Shown here one piece after another: positions 39,591-51,460 of a stretch of DNA of 64,000 nucleotides (position 1 is its first letter; each line of letters opens with the position of its first letter). The notes under the pieces were generated by a model. That model was given only the letters and a program-made list of their open reading frames with translations, searched no databases and had not been told where the DNA came from. The stretch lies in NCBI GenBank assembly GCA_965235115.1, contig OZ249436.1:23624001-23688000 (forward strand), in the 5' to 3' direction. The position numbers and the translations under genes are program-made. This DNA is from Laetmonice hystrix. Its lineage: Eukaryota.

Positions 39591-40629
39591 GGTCATAGAG
39601 ATCCTGGTGTAAACAAACCCCTTACGTGGATTCAGTAATGGATTGATAACGAAGTAAGTTTACTGACTTAAAGATTTCCCTACAACCATCCTCGTTTAGC
39701 TTCATAAATGATCCCGACTTCGTTGTCGTCGAGCTCGTATTTGTCAGCAACTTTATCAGGAACTCTTATTGCACATGTGGACGAAGAACTTTGTCTGGAA
39801 GCGCTGTTACCAAAGTCTATGGGTACACATACACTGAAGTGTGAAAGCACAAAAGTTGTTAGGGGACGTTCAGACTATTACCGCGTTATATCAGTGGCAG
39901 ATCCGGGGGTAGGGAGTTAACCCCCTAGCCAATTTTGTCTTTTTTCACCATTGAACGGTCTTAATTGTCCATGACTACTCCCCTCCCCCAGAAAATTCTT
40001 CCCATAACCCCGCCCCCTTTCTAAATCCCGCATCCGCCCTGTATCAATACGGTTTTTAATACCAAAGTAGGCCTACTTTGACAGGAAAAAGTGTGATTAG
40101 GCCTATACTACAATTTCTAAGCATGACCTACTGAGCCAACGTCCTTTTTGTCTGGAAACATGAAATCTCTGGACCTGAGATTTAGTTTTGACACACTTTT
40201 TCATGACACACAGGGACATTTTCGATGGCGAAGTACTTTGTCAGGTGACGCTGTCTTAACGTGACGTTTATTGACAGAATAAAGGCAGGAAGTCAAGCGG
40301 TACTATATTTTGAACATGAGCTTTATTGCCAACGACCCTTCACATTGGACATAGAGAATTACAACTGTCGGTGTTGAGAAAATCTTAGGTGTAAAAGCAA
40401 AAGGTATACTCGTAGTTTGCTGACGTAGTCAAGGTAACGTAGGCCTACTTATATACATGTAGGCCTATATAATTTGGAGATGCCAATTAACATGCGAAAC
40501 TGTGTAACCCTGAAAAAAAGCCTTTCAGAACTTCTTTCGCGAGTTACAGTAAAACAGCCTGCGGTAATTTGGCCTGAATCTGTATAGTAATATGGAACAC
40601 TTGGAAAAAGTGGAAACCAGTGCGTGGCA

Positions 40630-41255
40630 ACAGTAATTTGGTAATCGCAAAGCAGCCTAACCCCCTACCCCTTGCTGCCACAGTACTTTGGTAATAGCAA
40701 AACAGCCTAACCCCCTACCCCTTGCTGCCACAGTACCTTGGCAATAACAATGCAGCCTAACCCCCTACCCCTTGCTGCCACAGTACCTTGGCAATAACAA
40801 TGCAGCCTAACCCCCTGCCCCTTGCTGCACCATTACTTTGGCAATAACAATGCAGCCTAACGCCCTACCCCTTGCTGACACAGTACCTTGGCAATAACAA
40901 TGCAGCCTTACCCCCTACCCCTTGCTGCCACAGTACTTTGGTAATAGCAAAGCAGCCTAACCCCCTACCTCGATCATCTTGCTGCCACAGTACTTTGGTA
41001 ATAGCAAAGCAGCCTAACCCCCTACCCCTTGCTGCCACAGTACCTTGGCAATAACAATGCAGCCTAACGCCCTACCCCTTGCTGCACCATTACTTTGGCA
41101 ATAACAATGCAGCCTAACGCCCTACCCCTTGCTGCCACAGTACCTTGGCAATAACAATGCAGTCTAACCCCCTACCCCTTGCTGCCACAGTACCTTGGCG
41201 ATAACAATGCAGCCTAACGCCCTACCCCTTGCTGCCACATTACTTTGGCAATAAA
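40630..41255. repeat. 50-bp minisatellite, about 12 units
   Basis: Unit gcagcctaaccccctaccccttgctgccacagtaccttggcaataacaat with a 50-bp period. Confidence 0.92.
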
Positions 41256-41256
41256 A

Positions 41257-41727
41257 ATGCCTCGGGGAAGCATTGAGGAGGTATGGGAAGAATGCACTTT
41301 CAACCATCACCGACATTTCGGCAAATATTCGGAAATGCAACCCCACATCGGGAATGTATCACCGACAGGTCGCTGAGAGGTCGCCGTACATGCGGCGGAG
41401 ATCAAAATATCCCCGGAGGTTCCCTGATCCTTCGCCGAAACAGCACACGCGGTTCAGGGGGACGAAGGTTTCGCGGAAGCTCAGGGGAAGCATCCCCGGG
41501 GTTTCCCCGGGGCTCGGGAAAGGTACGGGGATGCCTCCCCGGCCTGTTTTACCGACAAAACGTCGGGAACACATCAGGAAAAATTTCAATGCAGGCATTG
41601 AAATTTTTCGCAGTTCTCCCGATGCCTCCCGATGGTTCCACATGGCTCCTGACGCTCCCGAGGCTTCCTCGAAACACCGGGAAACCTGTTCCCGATGCCT
41701 CCCCGAGGCCAAAAATGCCCAGTGGGA
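41257..41727. mobile_element. Partial GC-rich MITE-like repeat
   Basis: Repeated cggggaagcat / atgcctccc motifs in both orientations; ends cagtggg; left end not found. Confidence 0.4.
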
Positions 41728-43628
41728 CTGAGCCTTTAGATCCATTGAGCATGTGTCCACGATTCAGCTAATCATCTTCTTTGTAGTTCAACAATTTAGA
41801 CACTTTAGATCCACTGAACATGTGTCCTCGAAATAACACTTTAACAATTTAGACACTAACTGTGCATCCCCGACTCAGTTAAGCACTTTCTTTATCGAAT
41901 AACATAATACATAGTTTAAGAAGTTATACACTGTACATCATTTAGAGCGAAGATGGCTGAAGGCAGCATCAGCACCCATAACGCCAAACATCAGCCTCAA
42001 ATGCAGCAATTGTAACAGGGTTTGGCTTTCGATGATAGGACTGTATAGCCATAGCAGGTGCTGCCACTCCAAAGAAGACTGAATCCATGGGGCAAAATTC
42101 CATTGTCTCTCAAGACAGACGGAAGCCAACAATACACTAACTGTACATCCACTGAGCATGTGTCAGCTAAGCACTTTCTTTATCGATATAATATAACATA
42201 ATATATAGTTTAAGAAGATATACACTGTACATCCACTGAGCATGTGTCCACGACTCAGCTGAGCACTTTCTTTATAAAATTATATAACATTTTAACTAGC
42301 TATACACTAACTGTACATCTACTGATGTTAACTTGATAGTACTAGAGTCCGTCTATACCATATTGATATTTTTAGACTGCACTTTATTAGACTGCAATTA
42401 ATGATTATCAATCAAAAACGGGACTTAGCGGTTGATAGTCTTTCCAACATCTCGCAAAAAGGACGCATGCTGACACCTTGCGGAAATCTACAGAACTAAC
42501 TGCCACGTGGTACGCTACGTCATGAAGGGACAAGAAGTTTGGTAGGCCTAGGCCTACACCGGAGACTGAAGGCATAGACAAGCTAAACTTACCACGAGTT
42601 CGGCCCACAACAAGGAGTATGCAAGGACTTTGTGCAGCAGTGGGGTTGCAACTACCGAAAGGTTAAGAATTTGGATCAACGAAGGAGCTTTCATGTTTTC
42701 CCCTCTAAAATAAAAAGGCCTGTCAGTGTAATTCTGAAGAGGTGGGTGCACAACATGCGTCGAGGTGCTGGATTTGTTCAAACAGCGAACCACCTGCTGT
42801 GCTCAGCTTATTAATATTATACTATTATTCTACCCATAGTGTGAATGTCTTGTCACTAACTAAACCTGTCAGTTTTAAACTCCCACCTAACTAATTAGGC
42901 CTAAACTGCGTTTCTGCTGTGACTAGAGAGTGTAGTCTAGTCTAGGGCTAGGCCACTACATCTAGTTAACGTAGGTTCTAGTGTCCAGTCACCAGTGGCA
43001 GTGACATATTTAGAAAATACTGGCTGAAGGAGGGGACAAACGGCCCAATATACCGCCAATTTCCACTTTAAAAATTCTGAAGGGGGGGGGGCAATAATTT
43101 ACCAAAGACCGGTTTTCCGAGACAATCCTTACTAAGTCAGTGGGGGATCTAGGATTTTGATAAGGGGGGGGGGGGCACCATAGCTTCGCGCCTCCGGAGT
43201 TCGCATGGGGAACACCCCCTTTTCCAAATCCCTGGATCCGCCCCTGACTGGGTCCTGACGAATCCCTCTCACTTTTGTGGGGCACTATTAAAATTAATCC
43301 ATTATAGAACTAGATATCATTGCTACCGACGTATTTAACAGGTCCCTATTTAACCTATCAGGTCGCCACATGAGCAGGCCGCCTACTTGTCAACACTTTG
43401 TATAACGAGCACCGATACATATTCAGGGCTGATTGTGTCCCTTCATGACGTAGTACACAGATGTATCCAAGTCGTTGCTATCATTGCCGCAAGAGGGCAC
43501 GTGGTGCGTCAATGGCGCCAACTATGAATCTGCATTAAAGTTCTTGTTCAAGAAAAGCGTTCCTTTAAGTGTTCACATTGGAGGGTGATAATAGTGCTTT
43601 GCGCTGAATGTCTGGGATGGGGTTTCAG

Positions 43629-43754
43629 GTGCTACCGGCCGAAGAGGCGTACCTGGACAAGACGGAAGCTCCGGGTTTGATGGTTCCCCAGGAGCAACAG
43701 GTGTGCCCGGTTTCCCCGGCAGTGCTGGGCTGAGAGGGCTTCCCGGAGGACCTG
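43629..43754 (+). CDS. Collagen exon J (126 bp; GATGRRGVPGQDGSSGFDGSPGATGVPGFPGSAGLRGLPGGP)
   Basis: tttcAG acceptor, GTaggt donor. Confidence 0.9.
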
Positions 43755-43866
43755 GTAGGTCACCAAGTGGTATTGCAGTATCAAAGAATTCAGTCATAAT
43801 TCCTGCAATTCTGCAATTTATATGTTTCCCATGTTTACCATTGTTGTTTTTCTTTTTTGTCTCCAG

Positions 43867-43974
43867 GTCTGCCGGGAATTCCAGGCTTTGTTGGAGCGAC
43901 AGGATTGCCCGGGTTTAATGGTGTTGATGGCCAGACTGGAATCCCCGGACAGCCAGGCCTGCGCGGCGTGGAAG
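43867..43974 (+). CDS. Collagen exon K (108 bp; [36 protein letters not shown])
   Basis: Strong T tract plus ccAG acceptor, GTaggt donor. Confidence 0.92.
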
Positions 43975-44179
43975 GTAGGTTTCCTCAACTGATTATTATG
44001 CAACAGTGGCGTTGTTATATCATCCTCACCAATTAAATCATTAGTCACAGACGATAAGAAAGGAAACTAGTCACCATGATTCCATGCAATCATTTATCCC
44101 ATTTCCCCTTGTCAATCAGTGTAACAGGCATAGGAAACATTACACAGATGAAGGGATATATTTTTAGGATGTACTTGAT

Positions 44180-46848
44180 GGGCCATTCCATGTCAATTCA
44201 ACAAGGGGTCCCCGGGTGACCCCCTCCGAATTCAACCATTTTTGGCATACATGATCTACAACATATACTATGAAGCCCTGCAAAATTTTAGGGCAAAATA
44301 TCCAATAAGATATGACCCTTTCAACATGCCTGGGGGTGCAAATTTCGCAAGCTTTTTTTTCCGTGATATTTTTCACGTCATGTTCAAGGCCTTATAACTT
44401 TTGATCCAGAAGAAGTAGAGCTCTGAAATTTTTAGTATAGATTCATCTCACAGGCTGCTGGCAGGAGACATCGACAGATACTTTTTATATTAATTGACAT
44501 GTGATACAGATCAAGTCAAAAATCATGATTTCATCAATACGAATGTTTGCGAACCCACATTTGGCCACGAGCCAAGCAAAAACAAACTGCTTAAATCCCT
44601 TGTAACTCTGTGTACAACATCTCTAGAACTTTGTCTACTAGTGTGTGTAATATAAAGTCATTATAACTTCTGAGATATAGGCATCCCAATTCGTAAAAAA
44701 TGGAATTATAATGCAGTTTCAAGTACATTTTTCAAAAGGAGAGATAGGTCGTACATTTAAGTATTATATCGGGTGGATAAAAAAAAACGCCCCGAACTTT
44801 AAACTCCAATATTTTAAAAAGTATTGATTGTAATTCAATGAAATTTTTCTTACTATCACTTCATGATGTTGTCTCTTAGTTGTTAATGTTACAACTCAAT
44901 AGCTTGGATAATATTTCCGTAGCGCTAAAAACAAAAATCATTGTACAAAAGCGCAATGCCGGACTAAAGCGAGTGGTAGTCGCACCAGAGTCCCTGGCCT
45001 CACACTAGAGTAGGTGGTCAATCGGTCCCCCGTTTTCACTTCATACTGCTCTCAGTCTCTTTTTACATGCGCCAATGCACTTCCTGATCTCTGATAGGGA
45101 ATTATCATCCCATTATTGGGAAATAAGCAGCGTTCTGAACGTGTTGCTAAACGTGATAATGATACGATTTCCCTTAAACTTCTGGTTACAGTCATATCGT
45201 CCTAATGTTGCAGTTTCCCTGTAGGGTTTGGCAAATTAAACATCGAGGTTTCTCTAGAAATACTAGGAATAGCACATAATTTATTATATCTAGTGGTTCA
45301 CAACATTTTACATATTGTAAAACATGCAAAAACTAAATATTGAAAACTTTTTTACCCAAGGTACAATGCGGTGCATCAAACAGGTGTCAAATTGGACACC
45401 TGGCAGCTGCATGATATTTGACCTAATTCCGGCATTGTGTTTTTAGACACTGATTTTTGTTTTTAGCGCCACGGGATTAATATCAAAGCTATTGAGCTGA
45501 AACTTTAACATACAAGAGATAATATCATGAAGTTATATTAAGAGAAATTTTATTGAATTATAATGCAAAGTTATTGAAATATTAAAGTTTAAAGTTCGGG
45601 GCGGTTTTTTTTATCCACCCGATATTTCAAATGGAAGGGTGGAATTTACTCTTTCCTTTGATATCAAGCACATCTTGCTTCCTGAAGCCTTCTGTAACTA
45701 ACTGACATTTTAAAAAGAGGTATTTTCACTATTCGCGACATATTATGTATACAGTAATACAAACATATAATATTGAATATTATTACAGCTTCCCAACATT
45801 GATGCACACCTCGGGCACACCTTTTGGCCTTGTTTTATGTCCTTTTGTGTTAGTTTACTCAAACTTTGAGACCCTATAACTCAACGTTCACACCAGATCA
45901 CTCTGAACATGCTGTCAAAACATGTGGTCACTGCAGTGCTGCCACCTGCCAGCTAAGCCACATATTGGAGCATTGGAGAACTCACCTTTGTCTTTCTTGA
46001 TGAAGTAGAGTGTGACGAGGAACAAGTGGAACGAGGCAAAAAGCCGCCCACAAAAATCTTCAGTGGCCTACTGGAACATATTATCACCGCCTGGTTCATA
46101 GTTACAGACTCTGGCTCTTAAATAATTATCTATGTAGTACTACATAATAATTATGTCGCAAATGGTAAAAACACCTCTTTTTGAATTGTCAGTTAGTTTC
46201 AGAAGCAAGATGAAAGAGAAAATTCCACTCTTTCATTTGAGATATAATACTTAACTGTGCGACCTATCCCTCCTTTTGAAAAAAGTGCTTGAAACTGTAC
46301 TATATTTTCATTTGTTACGAATTGGGATGCCCATATCTCAGAAGATGTAATCAACAGAGAGTTCATATTATACACACTGATAGACAGGATGCTAGAGATG
46401 TTGTACACAGAGTTTCAAGGGATTTAAGCAGTTTGTTTTTGTCTGGCTCGTGGCCAAATGTGGGTTCGCAAATATTCGTGTTGATGAAATCATGATTTCT
46501 GACTTGATCTGTACCACATGTCAATAACTTTAAAAAGGATCGATTGATATCTCCTGATAGCAGCCTGTGAGATGAACGAATCCTGAAAATTTCAGAGGTC
46601 TACTTCTTCTGGATCAAAAGTTATAGGGACTTGAACATGACATGAAAAATAACACGCGAAAAAAAGCTTGCGAAATTCGCACCCCCGAGGCATGTTTTAA
46701 GGGTCATATCTTCAAAACTATTGGATATTTTGCCCTAATATTTTGCAGGGGTTCATAATATAGTACCTGTATGCAAAGAATGGTTGAATTCTAAGGGGGT
46801 CATGCGGGGATTTTTCTGAAAATTTGACGATTTGACATGGAATGACCC
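44180..46848. mobile_element. Long-TIR foldback DNA element with a 4-bp TSD (Sola-like)
   Basis: gggccattccatgtcaa / ttgacatggaatgaccc; TGAT duplicated (44176-44179, 46849-46852); arms about 700 bp once the nested insertion is removed. Confidence 0.8.
44769..45622. mobile_element. Tc1/mariner-like MITE nested in the left arm of the 44180 element
   Basis: tcgggtggataaaaaaaa / ttttttttatccacccga; TA TSD; TIRs about 200 bp. The host arm sequence resumes after it. Confidence 0.82.
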
Positions 46849-47149
46849 TGATGTAATCCACTCAGCTATTGTGACTCACAGTTATGTCGGTACTAGGGTC
46901 CTATTTCAAAAAAGTTTATGACGTCATACGTCACGTGACCTACATAAACAATGGTGCCAAATGAAAGACCATATATGACTTCCTATTCGTGTTCAAGAGT
47001 AACTATGGCTCTATCTGGCACCGTTTACAAGTTAAAGCCATGACAAAATGTCAATGACATCCTTATGACGTCATAGGTCACGTGACCTGGAAAATGAAGG
47101 TGTATAATGAAAGATCATATATGACTTCCTATTAGTGTTTAATAGTAAC

Positions 47150-47500
47150 GGTACCTGTAAGTTAGAAACACGTTCCGTAAGTTCTGTGGCCGTCCGGAAC
47201 ACGTCCAATACGTCTACATACGTCAATATGCGTTGGAGATAAGTTACAAATACGTTCAAAGCACGTTACTCATACGTTGGACATAAGTTGTGGGTACGCT
47301 AGACATTATCTTATAACGTATGTCGACTTATGAGTAACTTACAAGTAACGTGTTTAAACGTGTGTCAACGATCGCATAACTTACCTACAACTTATGTCCC
47401 GCGTACGTTGGCATACGTCGAAAATTTTGTGCATGCACAAAATTTCTCGACGACCTCACGTCGGCATATGCTGGCTAAATCGTCAAAGTGTGACAAGGCC
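47150..47500. mobile_element. Partial Harbinger-like MITE (right end gtgtgacaaggcc)
   Basis: ACGT-rich subrepeats; terminus resembles those at 54350 and 59160; left end missing. Confidence 0.4.
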
Positions 47501-47829
47501 TTTATAGCGATGATTCTTCAGTGTGATACACATCAGCCGAGGCTCCATCTGATCTTAACCAAAAAACGGCAACGGCAACGGCAACCTGTACGCCTAGGCT
47601 TGCCGTTCCCGTACACGTAGGCGTTCGCAAATCTTAACCTCTCTACTACTACAGGACTAAGGACTCCTGAACAGACTGGTTCAGAGAAGTGGGAAAGGGA
47701 AGCTAGGGCGAAGGCCATAAGAACAGGCGCTGGACTCAGATGAGGTACTGGAAATAAATAAACGATTAATACCCAACAAGAAAGTTGGAATCTAGCCACC
47801 TGTAATATAAAACAAACGTACTAAAGGGG

Positions 47830-48350
47830 GATGACAAGCTAAGGCCGGTACCTCCACATAATACAAAACCACTTGGGTCAGACCACTTGGGCCAATAAAG
47901 AAGATGGCAAGCTAAGGCCGGTACCTCCATTAATAGTAAACGACCACTTGGGTCAGACGACTTGGGTCAATAAGGAGGATGGCAATCTGAGGCCGGTACC
48001 TCACTTAATAGTAAACGACCACTTGGGTCAGACCACTTGGGCCAATAAGGAGGATGGCAATCTAAGGCCGGTACCTCCACTTAATAGTAAACGACCACTT
48101 GGGTCAGACCACTTGGGCCAATAAGGAGGATGGCAATCTGAGGCCGGTACCTCCACTTAATAGTAAACGACCACTTGGGTCAGACCACTTGGGTCAATAA
48201 GGAGGATGGCAATCTGAGGCCGGTAACTCCACTTAATAGTAAACGACCACTTGGGTCAGACCACTTGGGTCAATAAGGAGGATGGCAATCTGAGGCCGGT
48301 ACCTCCACTTTTTTTTATTAATATTAGTAAACAACTACCTGGGTTAGATC
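47830..48350. repeat. About 76-bp minisatellite, 6-7 units
   Basis: Unit gaccacttgggtcagaccacttgggccaataaggaggatggcaatctgaggccggtacctccacttaatagtaaac. Confidence 0.92.
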
Positions 48351-48399
48351 ACTTTCACTAGGGTGTGCAAGTGGGTCAAGAGAAAACATGAGAAAACCC

Positions 48400-49760
48400 G
48401 AGAACGGCCGGCTTTGGTCCTAACGTGTCGTAACCTCGTCACTTTAGCATTGCGACTCCCATAGGAGCCGCCAACTCTCAACTTCTAAATATTATTATTT
48501 CATAGTTAGGGCGCTTTCATTCTTGTAACTTACAAAACAAGAGCACCAACCTGTTTTACATATGAAAGAATACATTTCATGTCTTAGATGTCAAAACTGA
48601 CAAAAATCTGGTCGATGTTTGAAAGTGTGTTTTCTCATCCCATGTTAAACCAATGGAGAAATTGTGACGTAACAATCGTTTAGGGACCAACGTGACGCGT
48701 TTCGAGGCTATTTCGGGTCATTTAGGGGGTCAAGGACGCGAGACTTGCACGCCCTCTTCGAGCCAAGCACTGTCCCCCAAGATGCATTGCGCTAGACGAA
48801 AGCAAGGCTCGCACCTGCCGGGGGGGGGGGGTTCCCAACGACATGCTGCTTGCATGGCTTGCGGGCTACTACAACTGAATCAGTGAAGAATCGTAGGAAG
48901 TATGCTCAGAATCAGGATAGATCGAAACGCCGCGTCTATATTGGGGCTGCTTTTAATCGCTGGGTGAATTTACTGGAAGTTATTGGCTTTCGAGCAGCTT
49001 ACAATGCCGGTGTTGCTTCAGTGCTAGGGTACCACACAGCCACGTAGTGAGCCCCGGCCCTGCTGCTGGCGTGTTCCCAGTATGTCCAAACCGTCATACC
49101 TCCCCGCAGAACACATTTCATCGGCCTTTGACCAGCTTAAGGCACCGACCCAAAGTACCATCATTCTTTTTATGGAGTACATTTCCAACCAGTGCGGCAG
49201 ATGGTCAACCTACGACTGGTCTATTTATGGCCGTGCACGGTGAGTACGCCGGGCGGTAGCGCCGGGCGGCCAGCCGCGAGGCGAGGCCCAGGCGGCAGAA
49301 CAGGAGATTGCAACCGGTGAAACCCTCTTATGCTGGATTGTCAGCAGCAAAACATATCACCCTCGGAGGCCCTCTCGTTCCCCCTCGTGTCTACATAATG
49401 TGAATATGACAGATATATTTCGTTGTATTATAAAATATGAGTTAGGTCTGGGCTACTTTGCTGGGTGATCGAAATAGGCTTGCTGAACGATGAGGACGCC
49501 ATCTTGTTTGGTTGCGTCATCAGACACTGCGTAGAAAGTCACGTGAGGGAATTCCCTTCCAGTTCAAATCCAATGGTGGTGGAATCATTGCACGTTTTTC
49601 TTTCGATTGATCGCGATTTTCGGTTATACTGCAAGTAGCACGCAGGTATTGTCCCTATTGGACATGGCAAATATTTGTACACGTCTTTGTTAACATGCAG
49701 GAAGTAATATTAGAAAATCGTTAAAATTTTCCTACATTCCACGCTATACTATGACTTTAA
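48400..49760. mobile_element. Possible Kolobok-like non-autonomous remnant
   Basis: Ends ...ctttaa. The peptide RSKRRVYIGAAFNRW (about 48920-48963) resembles a motif I associate with Kolobok-type elements (unverified). Left end not found. Confidence 0.35.
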
Positions 49761-50164
49761 GAATGCGGAAGAGCCTATTTACACGCGGGGATGAAAACAC
49801 TTGACGGCAGTGAAAAAGTAATATTGACTGGTCAATATTACTTTTTCCGTGCAATATTAGTTTTTATCTGTGGTCACAGGACAGGGAACTGACCAATCAG
49901 GACAGGGAAAGTGCGGCAGCCATAAAATAATAAACAATACTGGACATCATGAAAACAATAAACCCAGCAGAAGCTGGACACAAGTATGACTAGGCTAGAC
50001 TAGAGTAACACTTAACTCTGCTGACTCCTGTGTGATCCTTAACCTCAAACATCGTGTAACTGGTAAGTGACCAGTTGAACGTTCAAGATTGAAGATGCCG
50101 AGCTGTCTGTCCAAAATATTCGTCAGTCCGTGGCACGGAGACGTCAGCATTACCACTGGTTTAC

Positions 50165-51460
50165 ATTTTTTTTATTGTGCATATATAACCAGGGTATCCT
50201 ACTCGGCTAACAGCCGCCATTAATGTAAGACCCTGTTGAAAAATATTTACAACATTAACATAATAAGCGATATAACAATACAATAAAGGAATTAATACAT
50301 GCAACTATATACATCACATATAATACAACCAAATTCTTCACATACGGATATAATATTATGATATATTAATTTCACTAGTAGTTTTCATTTAAGAACACAT
50401 TGTTATAATATTTTTTAATTTAATTTTTAAACTAAGTCTTGTCACTCAATGTTCTAATGTGTACGGGTAAATCATTCCATAGTAAAGGTCCAGTATAACA
50501 ATTACATTTCTTAAAAAGTTCGCTTTTGGGCCTAGGTACTTGTAACAATATTGCATCATGAGATCTTGTAGAAATATCTAATCTGTCTATACTCGCAGAA
50601 TTATCTTGGATTTGTGAAAAAGTTGTCTTTTGGAGCTTGATTAATCTTCTATATTTACATGGTAATAGGTGAGCATCATTATGTAATGCAACTGTACTAT
50701 AAAATCTATCTTTAGTCAATGCAATTTTTAATCCATTATTTTGAATAACCTGTAGCTTGTGTTTACAGTACTCAGTACAAGTTCCATGGAAAATATTGCC
50801 GTATTCTAAATAGGGAAGGATCATTGTTTTAAAAATAGTTAATGCTGTTTTCTTGTCTAGATATCTTCTTAACCTTGCTAATATGTACACCTTATGTCCG
50901 GCTTTCCTAATACAGCTCTTAATATATTCATTAAACTTTAATTTACTATCTATAATTACTCTAAGATAAGAAAATTTCGGAACGCACTCTTAATTCCTCC
51001 CCATCAATGTTAACATGGATATTATCGTCGTCAGTACCGTTTTTACCAAAGAACATGAATTTAGTTTTATTTAAGTTAACTGTGAGCTTATTAGTTATAA
51101 ACCAGGCATTCAATTTTCTAATATCCGCAGTAACTTGAGATTTTAAGTCTTGTATACTGTTTGCATGCGCAACTAAGCCAGCATCATCTGCAAACATGAT
51201 TAAATCCGATGTAATCTCGCTGTCCCTTATGTCATTTACGTATAATAAATAAATCAGGGGCCCAAGGACTGTACCTTGCGGAACACCATAGTTAATAACA
51301 TTACATTCAGATTCAATTTCATTGCAACTTACAAACGGTGTTCTGTCTTTCAGATATTCAATAATCCAATTTTTACATTTATCTTTTATACCTACTTTTT
51401 CTAGTTTGGAACCCAAAATATCAAGGTTTACAAAATTGAACGCTTTCGACAAATCGAAAA
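50165..51460 (-). mobile_element. 5'-truncated, frameshifted CR1/L2-group LINE
   Basis: SKAF, YGVPQGTVLGPLIYLLYVND, FADD and KTKFM in 50961-51452; C-terminal part in 50432-50890; 3' stem-loop, then AATAAA and an A tail at about 50165-50240. Confidence 0.88.

Larger units (their letters stand above)
28469..39742 (-). mobile_element. Non-autonomous Ngaro/PAT-like (DIRS-order) element with split direct repeats and an internal tandem duplication
   Basis: Repeat A (299 bp) at 39444-39742, 34137-34435 and 28920-29218. Repeat B (256 bp) at 34433-34688, 29216-29471 and 28469-28724. Minus-strand order is A-internal-BA-internal-BA-spacer-B, with TTT at both ends and at the junctions. No RT or recombinase ORF. 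Confidence 0.75.

Noticed and set aside
28469..39742. Helentron concatemer or LTR retrotransposon interpretation
   Set aside because: There are no TG..CA ends, PBS or TSD for an LTR element. The TT-site insertion and tandem units fit a Helentron, but the unique terminal A-spacer-B block fits split direct repeats better. Helentron is not fully excluded.
41273..41771. Overlapping 130-160-aa ORFs
   Set aside because: GC-rich repeat-derived sequence, open on both strands, with no recognisable motifs.
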